From the NCBI GenBank assembly GCA_040384705.1, contig JAZKIU010000001.1, positions 89,907-153,906 on the forward strand: a stretch of DNA of 64,000 nt, given 5' to 3'. Origin of the DNA: Patescibacteria group bacterium. GTDB lineage: Bacteria; Patescibacteriota; Minisyncoccia; Phycocordibacterales; Phycocordibacteraceae. The translations under genes were made by a program, and so were the position numbers. Shown piece by piece: positions 50,091 through 59,368 of this stretch. The number at the start of each line of letters is the position of its first letter. The first letter of the stretch is position 1. The notes below the pieces were generated by a model. That model had not been told where the DNA came from. It ran no database searches and saw only the letters and a program-made list of their open reading frames with translations.

Positions 50091-50213
50091 AGTTCTCGAC
50101 GGCGATTGTGTAAAAGGCGCTCCGGCTACGGCCGGGGCGTTTTACTTTCATTAACTAGTCAGCTGATTTCAGTTAGAGTATGCTCAGCGACTGGTCTTTA
50201 GGGAGTATCAAAG

Positions 50214-50468
50214 ATGCCTACGGTACCTCGACCGCCGCCGACCGCGGAACGTCGGGAAGAGATAAATCGCTTCCACGGGGCTAGCCAGGCTCTTTATGGG
50301 GTGATTCTTGAGCCTGCCGAAGTAGAGCCGCTCGAGTTAGAGCACAAAGACTCGGAGTACTACGAGAACGTCAATCTGTGGCGATTCAAGGCAGGCGAGA
50401 AAAAGGATGGCAAGAGTGTAGGGGGAAGGTTTACGAAAAGACCTACATGGGCGCTGGGACGGCCGTGA
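50214..50468 (+). CDS. Hypothetical small protein
   Basis: 84 aa ORF. Confidence 0.3.
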   Translation: MPTVPRPPPTAERREEINRFHGASQALYGVILEPAEVEPLELEHKDSEYYENVNLWRFKAGEKKDGKSVGGRFTKRPTWALGRP

Positions 50469-50541
50469 GGAAACTCGCGGCCGTTTTACATTTAGGACGC
50501 GCGATGCTTAACTCAGGGTCGGTCAGTGAGGGAGATCTATC

Positions 50542-50766
50542 GTGTTCGAATGCATTGCTGTGCGCCCGGACGTGCAGAAATTGGATGATGATGTATGCGG
50601 ATTGTGCCCGAGTCCGCTCATCGGGAAGGACTCGGAGAACGCATTCCGGTTGCGCATCGGCTTCGAAATCGACTACGTCTGCGATGCGTGCGCGAAGCAC
50701 GAACAGGAGACGGAAGGGGAACGCTGTATTTTCATGCTCATGCTGCCGCTCCAAGCAGCTGCGTGA
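50542..50766 (+). CDS. Hypothetical small zinc-ribbon-like protein (CGLC...CDAC)
   Basis: Two CxxC pairs; followed by a terminator at 50772-50806. Confidence 0.4.
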   Translation: MFECIAVRPDVQKLDDDVCGLCPSPLIGKDSENAFRLRIGFEIDYVCDACAKHEQETEGERCIFMLMLPLQAAA

Positions 50767-50771
50767 GCGCA

Positions 50772-50806
50772 AACGGGACCGCGTACGCGCGGTCCCGTTC
50801 CTTGAT
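50772..50806 (+). terminator. Rho-independent terminator
   Basis: AACGGGACCGCG-tacg-CGCGGTCCCGTT-CCTTGATT. Confidence 0.55.
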
Positions 50807-50903
50807 TCAGGGCAGGGAATGCGGTTAAATCTATATGGGCGTTCATTGTGCGCCAGCCGCGGAAGCGGCGCTTTGCGTTTACTGACTATCACAGGGGAAA
50901 AGA

Positions 50904-51146
50904 GTGCTGGGCCGACTGATCAACTGGTTGAAAGATCGTGAAGAAGAGCGACGGGATAATGACCTCTCCTCGCTAAGCGGGCAGATAAGATCGCTTCGCG
51001 AGCGGACAGGGTATTATGTGGCACCGCCGGTGCCGAAATTCCCGCTCGATAGGCATATCTGCGAACTTGTACGCAGCTTCAGGAAAAAGGCTGCCCGGTA
51101 CGGTATGTGCCCTGAAGCCGCGGCGAAGCAGTACGGCATCAATTAG
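50904..51146 (+). CDS. Hypothetical small protein
   Basis: 80 aa ORF followed by a terminator at 51166-51194. Confidence 0.35.
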   Translation: MLGRLINWLKDREEERRDNDLSSLSGQIRSLRERTGYYVAPPVPKFPLDRHICELVRSFRKKAARYGMCPEAAAKQYGIN

Positions 51147-51165
51147 GCTCTGTGGCCTAAGATTC

Positions 51166-51194
51166 AAGGCCTCGCGGCGACGCGAGGCCTTTTG
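51166..51194 (+). terminator. Rho-independent terminator
   Basis: AGGCCTCGCG-gcga-CGCGAGGCCT-TTTG. Confidence 0.6.
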
Positions 51195-51211
51195 ACTGCT
51201 TGGTCGAGTAT

Positions 51212-51240
51212 TTGCATGTTCTGGAGGGGTCATGTAGAGT
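51212..51240 (+). promoter_or_regulatory. Putative sigma-70 promoter (TTGCAT-17-TAGAGT) of the rplC-rplB operon
   Basis: Hexamers with 17 nt spacer about 90 nt upstream of rplC. Confidence 0.45.
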
Positions 51241-51300
51241 GCCTCTATCGCTACGTACGGCTCCGGCCGGACCAATGGCCGGGAAGTCCGTTTCGGACCG

Positions 51301-51330
51301 AACGCGCTGTTGAAGGCGCGCTTTATTTTT
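51301..51330 (+). promoter_or_regulatory. Attenuator-like intrinsic terminator in the rplC leader
   Basis: AACGCGC-tgttgaag-GCGCGCTT then TTATTTTT ending 5 nt before the rplC ATG. Confidence 0.45.
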
Positions 51331-51334
51331 GCCC

Positions 51335-51952
51335 ATGAAATTCCTCATCGCCCGCAAGGACCGCATGACCCAGATCTTCCATGAAGACGGGCGTGTTTCG
51401 GCGTGCACCATCCTCAAGACCGGTCCTTTGGAGGTGACCCAGGTGAAGACCCCGGAAACCGATGGCTATTCAGCCGTCCAGGTCGGTTTCGGGACGCAAA
51501 AGGAAGCGCGCGTGAATAAGGCCCAGCTCGGCCACACCAAGGGCAAGGCATTCAAGGGTATGAAGGAGTTCCGGACCGAGGCGGGCGAGCTCGCGGTAGG
51601 TTCCGAGATAACTCCAGATGTGTTCGCGGAGGGTGACGTAGTCACTGTATCGGGCACCGTGAAGGGTCGCGGCTTCGCGGGCGTGGTGAAGCGCCACGGC
51701 TTCCATGGCGGTCGCCGTTCGCACGGTCAGAAGCACTCCGAGCGCGAGCCAGGCTCCATCGGTGGCGGTGGTCGTGCCGGCGGTCGCGTTGCGAAGGGTA
51801 TGCGCATGGGCGGGCGCATGGGCGGGAACCGTATCAGCGTGTCGAACCTGAAGGTCCTTCGCGTCGATACGACCCGCGGTGAGATCCTCATCTCGGGCGC
51901 TATCCCGGGAGCTCCCGGCTCGCTCGTCGAGGTCATAAGCCAGAACGCGTAA
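51335..51952 (+). CDS. rplC: 50S ribosomal protein L3
   Basis: Canonical L3; the listed ORF begins at an upstream TTG (51329), the ATG at 51335 is preferred. Confidence 0.95.
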   Translation: MKFLIARKDRMTQIFHEDGRVSACTILKTGPLEVTQVKTPETDGYSAVQVGFGTQKEARVNKAQLGHTKGKAFKGMKEFRTEAGELAVGSEITPDVFAEGDVVTVSGTVKGRGFAGVVKRHGFHGGRRSHGQKHSEREPGSIGGGGRAGGRVAKGMRMGGRMGGNRISVSNLKVLRVDTTRGEILISGAIPGAPGSLVEVISQNA

Positions 51953-51962
51953 TTTTAATACT

Positions 51963-52742
51963 ATGGCAACCGTAAAGAAAACCGTCGCAAAGAAGGCCCC
52001 AGCCAAGAAGACCTCACCTAAGAAGGTGGTCACGGCTGCAGCCGCGCCTAAGGCGGAGAAGAAGGTCGTCTCGGCGTCCGAAGCCACCATCTACGACATG
52101 AAGGGAGCTTCCACAGGCACCATCGCGCTTCCTGCAGAGATCTTCGCGCAGCCGTGGAAGGCAGACCTTGTGCACCAGGTCGTCGTCGGTATGCAGGCGA
52201 ACGCTCGCCCGACCATCGCGCACACCAAGTTCCGCGGCGAGGTGTCCGGAGGCGGTAAGAAGCCATGGAAGCAGAAGGGTACGGGCCGCGCTCGTCACGG
52301 TTCCAACCGTTCCCCGATCTGGAAGGGCGGTGGTGTGACCCACGGTCCACGCGCAGAGAAGATCTACGCAGTGAAGATCAACCGCAAGATGCGTGCCGCA
52401 GCGCTCGCATCCGTACTCTCACGCAAGTGGAGGGATGGAGAGATCGTCTTCGTTGACTCTCTTTCGCTCGGAAAGCCCGCAACCAAGGACGCGAAGAACG
52501 CGCTCATCGCAATCGCTAACGCATCCGGGATGCAGGGCCTCGTCACCAAGCGTAAGAACGCCGCAGTGGTCGCGCTCTCGCAGAAGGACGCGAACATCGA
52601 GAAGTCGTTCCGCAACATGGGCCATCTCATGACGGAGGAAGTGCGCAACCTCAACCCGGTCGACCTCATGAACAAGAAGTTCCTTGTTATCGAGAACCCA
52701 GCGGTCTCGCTTCCGGTCCTGTCCGCCCGTCTCTCTAAATAA
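51963..52742 (+). CDS. rplD: 50S ribosomal protein L4 (with K/A-rich N-terminal extension)
   Basis: GGGKKPWKQKGTGRARHGS...GGGVTHGP L4 signature. Confidence 0.95.
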   Translation: MATVKKTVAKKAPAKKTSPKKVVTAAAAPKAEKKVVSASEATIYDMKGASTGTIALPAEIFAQPWKADLVHQVVVGMQANARPTIAHTKFRGEVSGGGKKPWKQKGTGRARHGSNRSPIWKGGGVTHGPRAEKIYAVKINRKMRAAALASVLSRKWRDGEIVFVDSLSLGKPATKDAKNALIAIANASGMQGLVTKRKNAAVVALSQKDANIEKSFRNMGHLMTEEVRNLNPVDLMNKKFLVIENPAVSLPVLSARLSK

Positions 52743-52748
52743 ACGCAT

Positions 52749-53117
52749 ATGGCACTTTTCTCATCCGACAAGAATACGAAGAAGGCGCGCGTTTCGAAGG
52801 CGCCGGTGCGCCGCGGTGTTCTCAACCCTGCTGACGATCGCATCGCGAACGTCCTCAAGGCTCCTTGGTTCTCCGAGAAGGCGCTCATTGGCACCGAGAA
52901 CGGCGTCTATGTCTTCGAGGTACCTCCTGCAGTCACCAAGCACGACGTCATGAACGCCATCGAGAAGATCTATAAGGTCACTCCAGTGAAGGTGAACATG
53001 GTGAACCTTCCAGCCAAGAAGGTCTCGATGCGCACGAAGCGCGGTGTCGGCACCCGTGCCCGCCGTCACAAGGCGTACGTATACCTCAAGAAGGGGGAGA
53101 CCATCACGTTCGCATAG
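52749..53117 (+). CDS. rplW: 50S ribosomal protein L23 (N-terminal extension)
   Basis: L23 core VLKAPWFSEKA...YVFEV...IEKIYKV. Confidence 0.9.
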   Translation: MALFSSDKNTKKARVSKAPVRRGVLNPADDRIANVLKAPWFSEKALIGTENGVYVFEVPPAVTKHDVMNAIEKIYKVTPVKVNMVNLPAKKVSMRTKRGVGTRARRHKAYVYLKKGETITFA

Positions 53118-53127
53118 CATTTGAAAT

Positions 53128-53973
53128 ATGAAATCATTCAAGCCAACCTCCAAGAGCCGCCGCCAGATGACCGTTGTCACGTACAAGGGCGTGCTTTCGG
53201 GTGACAAGCCATTCAAGAGCCTGCTCTCGGCCAACAAGAACCGTGCTGGCCGCAACAACGCGGGCCGCATCACCACGCGTCATCAGGGTGGGGGGTCCAA
53301 GCGCCGTCTCCGCGATGTCGATTTCAAGTACGACAAGCGCGATATCCCAGCGAAGATTGAGACCGTCGAGTACGACCCGTACCGCACTGCCTTCATCGGC
53401 CGCGCGCTCTACGCTGACGGCGCTCGTCGCTACGTCACGCTCCCGAAGGAGCTCAAGGTCGGCGATTCGTTCGTCGTGGGCGACAACGTACCGGTGAAGA
53501 TCGGTAACCGTATGCCGCTCGGGAAGATCCCATCGGGAACCTTCATATACAACGTCGAGCTTCAGGCAGGCGCAGGTGCTCGTATCGCACGCTCCGCCGG
53601 TAACTATGCGGAAGTCGTCGCGCATGACGCAGGATACGCGCAGGTGAAGCTTCCCTCGACCGAGATCCGCAAGATATCCGAGCGCTGCTTCGCATCCATC
53701 GGTGCTGTGGGTAACGAGGAGAAGCGCCTTGAGGTGTACGGAAAGGCCGGTAAGTCGCGTTGGAAGGGTATTCGCCCTACGGTCCGTGGTACCGCCATGA
53801 ACCCGGTAGACCACCCTCACGGAGGTGGTGAAGGTAAGCAGGGTCGCGGACTCCGCCGCGCAAAGAGCATGTGGGGCAAGCCGACCGGCAAGGGACAGAA
53901 GACCCGCACGCCGAAGAAGCACTCCAACAAGTTCATCGTTTCGCGCCGAAAGGTTGGCAAGAAGCGAGGATAG
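53128..53973 (+). CDS. rplB: 50S ribosomal protein L2
   Basis: Canonical L2, 281 aa. Confidence 0.95.
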   Translation: MKSFKPTSKSRRQMTVVTYKGVLSGDKPFKSLLSANKNRAGRNNAGRITTRHQGGGSKRRLRDVDFKYDKRDIPAKIETVEYDPYRTAFIGRALYADGARRYVTLPKELKVGDSFVVGDNVPVKIGNRMPLGKIPSGTFIYNVELQAGAGARIARSAGNYAEVVAHDAGYAQVKLPSTEIRKISERCFASIGAVGNEEKRLEVYGKAGKSRWKGIRPTVRGTAMNPVDHPHGGGEGKQGRGLRRAKSMWGKPTGKGQKTRTPKKHSNKFIVSRRKVGKKRG

Positions 53974-53987
53974 AAGCCTCGAAAAGA

Positions 53988-54020
53988 AAAAGCCATCCCG
54001 CGAGGGATGGCTTTTTCTTT
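53988..54020 (+). terminator. Rho-independent terminator after rplB
   Basis: AGCCATCCC-gcga-GGGATGGCT-TTTTCTTT. Confidence 0.65.
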
Positions 54021-54031
54021 CTATATGTAGA

Positions 54032-54472
54032 TTAGAGCGACACGCGAAGTAATCGAACCACCTCGTGAAGTTCTTCGTCAGTCGAGGCGGGTCGTTGGTC
54101 TACCGGGATAGGGCGATATATGAATTCGCGAGGTTCGTAGTTGTGCACGCCCGCGTCGCCTTCCTGGCGGGGAAGCATATGTAGATGGAAGTGCGGAACG
54201 GACTGACCGCCTATCTTCTCCTCGTTCCATGCATAATTGAAGCCCTCTGCTCCGAACGCTTTCTTAAGACCGGCATGCAATTTCATGCGAAGCTCCTCGA
54301 TAGCATCTCTTTCAGTGCTCGCGAGGTCCTCGTAGTAGGTCACGTGCCGCTTCGGGGCGATGAGCATGTGGCCCGGCACGATAGGCGCGTTCGTAGGGAA
54401 TGCGCGAGCAAGATCGTTCTCTATTATCGTTCGTTCGGCTAGTTGAGCCGCATCGCAGAAGGGGCAATCCAT
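54032..54472 (-). CDS. HIT family protein
   Basis: Histidine triad HFHLHMLP, N-terminal CPFC zinc-binding motif; 146 aa. Confidence 0.8.
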   Translation of the reverse strand: MDCPFCDAAQLAERTIIENDLARAFPTNAPIVPGHMLIAPKRHVTYYEDLASTERDAIEELRMKLHAGLKKAFGAEGFNYAWNEEKIGGQSVPHFHLHMLPRQEGDAGVHNYEPREFIYRPIPVDQRPASTDEELHEVVRLLRVSL

Positions 54473-54476
54473 GAAG

Positions 54477-55283
54477 TTACTGGGGCAGATACTGGGATTG
54501 GAGGATATCGCTCAAACGCGAGAGCTTTATGGGAAGCGTTACCGTGCCGAGCGCGTACGGACCGACCTGGTACGGAGCGAAGAGGAATGTAAGGGTGTCG
54601 CCCTCAAGATAGAAGGCTTGGAAATGCACGTCCCTCGGCATAGTGCCCTCCGCGATGAATCCAGACTCGGAGAATCCTCCCATTACCTTCGGGAGATCGG
54701 CGCGCGAGATTTCTGAAAGACGATACAGATAGCCGCTACCTGCAGTGAATAGGTCAGCGAGCTCGATCTGCGTTCCCGTTGTTTTGTCGAAGGTGAAGGT
54801 TACGGGCACCGCGATGCCGTGCGCTCCGCCGGTGTAGCTTGCGGACGTGAATACATACGTAACGGTGCGTTCGCTGCTCTTCTTCCCATAGGTTATGGAA
54901 AGCTCGGAAGAGCTTAGGGTAGCCGGAATCTCATCGCCTCGGTTCGCGAAATCCTCAATTGCTGCCTCGTTTTCCTTTGCGTATGCCTTGAATTCAGTGA
55001 CTGCGGTATCGACCCATGCCTTCATCGTGTTCTCCGCTCCGACTCCAGCATCGCTCCGGCTGCTAAGGGGAAATGAGATGTTGGTCGGATAGGTGACGTC
55101 AATGGTGTAGTACTTGGAATCCTCGCGCATGTTCTTGGGTGTCTCCGATTCAAGCTCGATCGGGGGGTCTTGGGTGACAGGAACCACGGGAGCTGGGTGC
55201 GTTGCCATGTACCAGCCGGTAAGTCCGAGCACGAGAGCCACGAAGCCGAGCGCACCGATGAATGAGGGGTTCTTTATATCCAT
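54477..55283 (-). CDS. Membrane-anchored secreted protein, DUF3298/DUF4163-like (RsiV-like fold)
   Basis: N-terminal TM anchor then a beta-rich domain with YTGGAHG; 268 aa. Confidence 0.55.
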   Translation of the reverse strand: MDIKNPSFIGALGFVALVLGLTGWYMATHPAPVVPVTQDPPIELESETPKNMREDSKYYTIDVTYPTNISFPLSSRSDAGVGAENTMKAWVDTAVTEFKAYAKENEAAIEDFANRGDEIPATLSSSELSITYGKKSSERTVTYVFTSASYTGGAHGIAVPVTFTFDKTTGTQIELADLFTAGSGYLYRLSEISRADLPKVMGGFSESGFIAEGTMPRDVHFQAFYLEGDTLTFLFAPYQVGPYALGTVTLPIKLSRLSDILQSQYLPQ

Positions 55284-55598
55284 AGGGAAAGTATACTCCC
55301 ATCAAATCGAAAGGGGTCCGCGTGCAGACGCAGACCCCTCAAATTTCTTCCCGGGAACCTAACCCGGGCGATCCCGAACGAGATTCCCCGGGACGCCGTA
55401 GATAATGCGCTGCATGCGGTCCTCTCGTGGGCCAAACAGCCGCACCAAGCAGCCCTTTTCCGGCCCCGGTTCCGAAGTTGTCGGGTGTGTGACCCCTTCG
55501 CCCGGCCTGGTTTCGTTGTCAGCCTGCTCCTTGAGCCAGCTATTTTTCATGGCATTCCTCCCGCTACCTGCTCAAAACCTAGCATAGAGGCCCAAAGT

Positions 55599-55627
55599 TT
55601 GACACCGACCGCCGTTTCATATAGATT
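55599..55627 (+). promoter_or_regulatory. Putative sigma-70 promoter of rpsS (TTGACA-17-TAGATT)
   Basis: Perfect -35 TTGACA at 55599-55604; -10 region CATATAGATT. Confidence 0.45.
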
Positions 55628-55661
55628 TTACCTATCCCGCGCAGCGGGCTTTTAGTTACCC

Positions 55662-56009
55662 ATGTCTCGATCACTCAAGAAAGGACCCTTCGTGGACGTA
55701 AAGCTCATGAAGAAAATCCAGGACAAGAAACCCGCCTCCGCGGGGGTCATTAAGACGTGGGCACGTAGGAGCCAAATTGCGCCTGAAATGGTCGGATTCA
55801 CCTTCGGGGTCCACAACGGCAAGAGCCATGTGGAGGTCCTCGTCTCGGAAGAGATGGTAGGGCACCGTCTCGGGGAATTCTCCCCGACCAAGAAGTTCGT
55901 CCGTCACGGAGGTAAGATGCAGAAGCAGCTTGAGCAGAAGAAGCAGCAGACCGAGATCGCAGCTGCGAAGGCTGCTAAGGCCGCACCCGCTCCTGCCAAG
56001 AAGAAATAA
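55662..56009 (+). CDS. rpsS: 30S ribosomal protein S19 (with Lys/Ala-rich C-terminal extension)
   Basis: [12 protein letters not shown]...[10 protein letters not shown]. Confidence 0.95.
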   Translation: MSRSLKKGPFVDVKLMKKIQDKKPASAGVIKTWARRSQIAPEMVGFTFGVHNGKSHVEVLVSEEMVGHRLGEFSPTKKFVRHGGKMQKQLEQKKQQTEIAAAKAAKAAPAPAKKK

Positions 56010-56012
56010 TCT

Positions 56013-56402
56013 ATGGCATCCAAAGGAACCCAGAAGAATAAGGTCGCGCGCGTGCCGGCAGCAAGCACTGCGGAACTTTCCACGTACAACCAGTCGCCCC
56101 GCAAGGTGCGCCTCGTGACCGACCTCGTGAAGGGCAAGTCCGTGACCGATGCCGTGAACGCCCTCGCCTTCCTCCCGAAGCGCGCGTCCCTTCCTATAAA
56201 GAAGCTCATCGAGTCGGCAGCAGCTAATGCCAAGCAGAAAGGGGAGGACGTCGAGACCCTCCGCGTGTCCGATATCCGCGTCGACTCCGCAGGCATGCTC
56301 GTCCGCTACATGCCGCGTGCCATGGGCCGCGCAGCCCCTATCCGCAAGCGTCGTAGCCGCGTCGTCGTGACGCTCCGCGCCGATAAGAAGGCAGCCGCAT
56401 AA
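56013..56402 (+). CDS. rplV: 50S ribosomal protein L22
   Basis: L22 fold sequence, 129 aa. Confidence 0.9.
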   Translation: MASKGTQKNKVARVPAASTAELSTYNQSPRKVRLVTDLVKGKSVTDAVNALAFLPKRASLPIKKLIESAAANAKQKGEDVETLRVSDIRVDSAGMLVRYMPRAMGRAAPIRKRRSRVVVTLRADKKAAA

Positions 56403-56410
56403 CTTTCGAT

Positions 56411-57109
56411 ATGACCCACACCGTACATCCTTACGCGCACCGCCTCGGCATCATCCGTGATTGGAAGAGCCGTTGGTTCGCTACCGATAAGAAATCCTTC
56501 CGCGAGAACCTCGCGGTGGATGCGGCTATCCGTGCATACCTCAAGAAGAAGCTCCGCTCGATGTACATCTCCGACATCGAGATAGAGCGCACCGCAGCCG
56601 AGGTCCGCGTCATCCTCCACACCGCGCGCCCCGGTCTCGTCATCGGCCGCTCGGGCGAGAACGCTACCAAGCTCCGCACCGAGCTCACGAAGCTCGTGAA
56701 GAAGCTCTCGCCAGCGCCAGCCCGCGCCGTGAAGCTCGACATCATGGAAATCCGCCAGCCGGAGACCGATGCCGCGGTCGTGGCGTACATGGTCGCTGAA
56801 GGCCTCGAGAAGCGCATGCCGTTCCGCCGCGTCCTCAAGTCCACCGTGGAGAAGGTCATGGCCGTTCGCGAGGTGCTCGGCGTGCGCGTCGTTGTGTCGG
56901 GTCGCCTCGGTGGCGCTGACATGAGCCGCACCGAGCAGATAAAGCGGGGTCGTATCCCGCTTCAGACCTTCCGCGCGAACATCGGCTACGCAGAGGAGCG
57001 CGCGTTCCTTCCGTACGGCACCATCGGCATCAAGGTGTGGATCTACCTCGGCGAGACCTTCAATGAGAAGGACCGCGTAGCGACGCCTCGCGCCGCTGTA
57101 ACTAAGTAA
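56411..57109 (+). CDS. rpsC: 30S ribosomal protein S3
   Basis: KH domain plus S3 C-terminal domain; 232 aa. Confidence 0.95.
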   Translation: MTHTVHPYAHRLGIIRDWKSRWFATDKKSFRENLAVDAAIRAYLKKKLRSMYISDIEIERTAAEVRVILHTARPGLVIGRSGENATKLRTELTKLVKKLSPAPARAVKLDIMEIRQPETDAAVVAYMVAEGLEKRMPFRRVLKSTVEKVMAVREVLGVRVVVSGRLGGADMSRTEQIKRGRIPLQTFRANIGYAEERAFLPYGTIGIKVWIYLGETFNEKDRVATPRAAVTK

Positions 57110-57116
57110 TACTGGT

Positions 57117-57539
57117 ATGTTGTTCCCGAAAAAGGTAAAGCATCGCAAGTGGCAGACCGGACGCAAGTCCCCGGAGCGTCTTGCGCGTCCCGAGACCCGC
57201 GGCATCACCGTGGCCTTCGGTTCCTACGGCCTCAAGGCGACCACTCCTTCGCGCATCACCTCGAACCAGATCGAGGCAGCCCGCAAGGTGCTTACCCGCG
57301 TTACGGGAAAGGGCGGCAAGCTCTGGATCCGCATCTTCCCGGACCGTCCAATCACCAACAAGCCTGCCGAAGTCGGCATGGGTAAGGGTAAGGGCGATCC
57401 CAAGCACTTCGTGTTCGAGGTGCGTCCAGGCCGCGTGCTCTTCGAGCTCGATGGCGTGGAGGACGTGAAGGCGCGCGATGCGCTCCGCCGCGCGGGCGCA
57501 AAGCTTCCTCTTAAGACGACCGTCGTCACCCGCGGCTAA
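57117..57539 (+). CDS. rplP: 50S ribosomal protein L16
   Basis: MLFPKKVKHRKWQTGR canonical L16. Confidence 0.95.
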   Translation: MLFPKKVKHRKWQTGRKSPERLARPETRGITVAFGSYGLKATTPSRITSNQIEAARKVLTRVTGKGGKLWIRIFPDRPITNKPAEVGMGKGKGDPKHFVFEVRPGRVLFELDGVEDVKARDALRRAGAKLPLKTTVVTRG

Positions 57540-57545
57540 ACTCAT

Positions 57546-57743
57546 ATGGCTAAGAAAATCTCATTCAAGGAAAAGGATATGGTGGAGCTCAAGAAGCTTC
57601 TCGGCGAGAAGCGTGAAGAGCTTCGCCAGGCGCGTTTTGCCGCTACCGGCGCCCGCGTGAAGGACGTGAACCACGCAGGTAAGGTTCGCAAGGATATCGC
57701 ACGCATCTTGACGGAAATGACCGTAAAGACTAAGACCGTATAA
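57546..57743 (+). CDS. rpmC: 50S ribosomal protein L29
   Basis: 65 aa, KELREKS-like L29 sequence. Confidence 0.9.
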   Translation: MAKKISFKEKDMVELKKLLGEKREELRQARFAATGARVKDVNHAGKVRKDIARILTEMTVKTKTV

Positions 57744-57751
57744 CACTTACT

Positions 57752-57994
57752 ATGGACACCCACATCTCCAAGCCCCAGACCTTCACTGGAACCGTCGTCA
57801 AGACGGCCATGAAGGACACGGCCACGGTCGCCGTATCCCGCTACGTGAAGCACCCGAAGTACAAGAAGTACCAGGTGAAGACCCAGAAGTTCCTCGTCGA
57901 TGACCCAGGCAACACCGTTGCGGTGGGAGACGCGGTCACTATCGTAGCTACCCGCCCTATCTCGAAGCGTAAGTCGTTCAAGATCGCTAAATAA
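57752..57994 (+). CDS. rpsQ: 30S ribosomal protein S17
   Basis: 80 aa, GTVVKTAMKDTATVAV OB fold. Confidence 0.9.
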   Translation: MDTHISKPQTFTGTVVKTAMKDTATVAVSRYVKHPKYKKYQVKTQKFLVDDPGNTVAVGDAVTIVATRPISKRKSFKIAK

Positions 57995-58000
57995 ACTTTT

Positions 58001-58378
58001 ATGGTACAGCCCCAGTCCATCGTTAAAGTTGCAGACAATTCAGGCGCCACCGTTGCGCGTGTCTTCAAGGTGCTTGGGGGCTCGAAGCGCCGCTACGCCG
58101 AGATAGGCGACGTCGTCGTCGTGTCGGTCCAGACCGCGCAGCCTCGCAAGGCGGTGAAGAAGAAGGATATATACAAGGCAGTCGTCGTGCGCCAGAGGAA
58201 GCCCTTCCGCCGCGCCAACGGCATCTACGTGAAGTTCGACGACAACGCCGTCGTCCTCATCGAGAAGCAGGGTAAGGAGATGGGCCCGAAGGGGAACCGT
58301 GTCTTCGGTCCAGTGCCACGCGACTTGGTCGAAAAGGGATGGCAGAACATAGCGTCGCTCGCGCCTGAGGTCGTCTAA
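58001..58378 (+). CDS. rplN: 50S ribosomal protein L14
   Basis: MVQPQSIVKVADNSGA canonical L14. Confidence 0.95.
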   Translation: MVQPQSIVKVADNSGATVARVFKVLGGSKRRYAEIGDVVVVSVQTAQPRKAVKKKDIYKAVVVRQRKPFRRANGIYVKFDDNAVVLIEKQGKEMGPKGNRVFGPVPRDLVEKGWQNIASLAPEVV

Positions 58379-58389
58379 CCAATTTCAAT

Positions 58390-58734
58390 ATGTCTAAAGC
58401 ATCAGCCGGCAAGCAGACCGCCAAGTTCAAGATCAAGAAGGGTGACCATGTCATCGTGGTTTCGGGCAAGGATAAGGGCAAGGTAGGGCAGGTAACCCGC
58501 GTACTTCCTCAGGAGGCGAAGATCGTCGTCGACGGCGTCGGCATGGTCAAGCGCCACCTGAAGAGCGCTGGCCGCGGCCAGTCCGGTCGCATCGTCGAGC
58601 GCCCGCGCGCCATCGCCATCAGCAACGTCATGGTTCAGGACCCCAAGGACAAGAAGGGGACCCGCGTGAAGCGCGAGACCAAGGACGGAAAGAACACCCG
58701 CGTCACCGTGAAGAGCGGCACCGCACTCGCGTAA
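58390..58734 (+). CDS. rplX: 50S ribosomal protein L24
   Basis: KOW motif KIKKGDHVIVVSGKDKGKVG. Confidence 0.9.
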   Translation: MSKASAGKQTAKFKIKKGDHVIVVSGKDKGKVGQVTRVLPQEAKIVVDGVGMVKRHLKSAGRGQSGRIVERPRAIAISNVMVQDPKDKKGTRVKRETKDGKNTRVTVKSGTALA

Positions 58735-58744
58735 GCAACTATCT

Positions 58745-59287
58745 ATGATCATCTCAAAAGAAAAGCAGGCGAGCGCATTCGATTCCCTCAAGGAGAAGTT
58801 CGGCTATACGAACGTCTTCGCGTCCCCACGCCTCGTGAAGATAATCGTCTCCACCGGTGTCGGTAAGGCGGATAAGAACCGCAAGGCGGTTATCGAGGAG
58901 CGTCTCGCACGCATCACCGGCCAGAAGGCATCGCCGCGCGCCGCTAAGCAGTCCATCGCGCAGTTCAAGATGCGACAGGGCGATGTCGTCGGATACCAGG
59001 TCACCATGCGCGGCAACCGCATGAACGACTTCCTCGATAAGCTCATACACATCGCGCTTCCTCGTACGCGCGACTTCCGCGGCCTCAACGCGACCGCGAT
59101 CGATGACATGGGCAACCTCACCATCGGCATCAAGGACAACACCATCTTCCCTGAGACCTCGGACGAGGACCTCAAGGATGTGTTCGGACTCGCCATCACC
59201 CTCGTGACCACTGCGAAGACTAAGGAAGAGGCAGAAGCATTCTTCCGTCACCTGGGTCTTCCGCTGAAAGTCGCTGTAGAGGCGTAG
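58745..59287 (+). CDS. rplE: 50S ribosomal protein L5
   Basis: Canonical L5, 180 aa. Confidence 0.95.
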   Translation: MIISKEKQASAFDSLKEKFGYTNVFASPRLVKIIVSTGVGKADKNRKAVIEERLARITGQKASPRAAKQSIAQFKMRQGDVVGYQVTMRGNRMNDFLDKLIHIALPRTRDFRGLNATAIDDMGNLTIGIKDNTIFPETSDEDLKDVFGLAITLVTTAKTKEEAEAFFRHLGLPLKVAVEA

Positions 59288-59300
59288 ATAAGCCCTCGAA

Positions 59301-59338
59301 GAAAGCCCCTGGACACATGTCCGGGGGCTTTCTTCATA
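59301..59338 (+). terminator. Rho-independent terminator after rplE
   Basis: GAAAGCCCCTGG-acacatgt-CCGGGGGCTTTC-TTCATAAAT. Confidence 0.6.
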
Positions 59339-59368
59339 AATCACTCGCTTTTCTGGAAAAGTGGTACA

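Noticed and set aside
51329-51334. TTG start for rplC
   Set aside because: The listed ORF begins at a TTG embedded in the terminator U-tract. The ATG at 51335 (MKFLIARKD) matches the L3 N-terminus.
53134-53922. 262 aa minus-strand ORF
   Set aside because: It is antisense to rplB.
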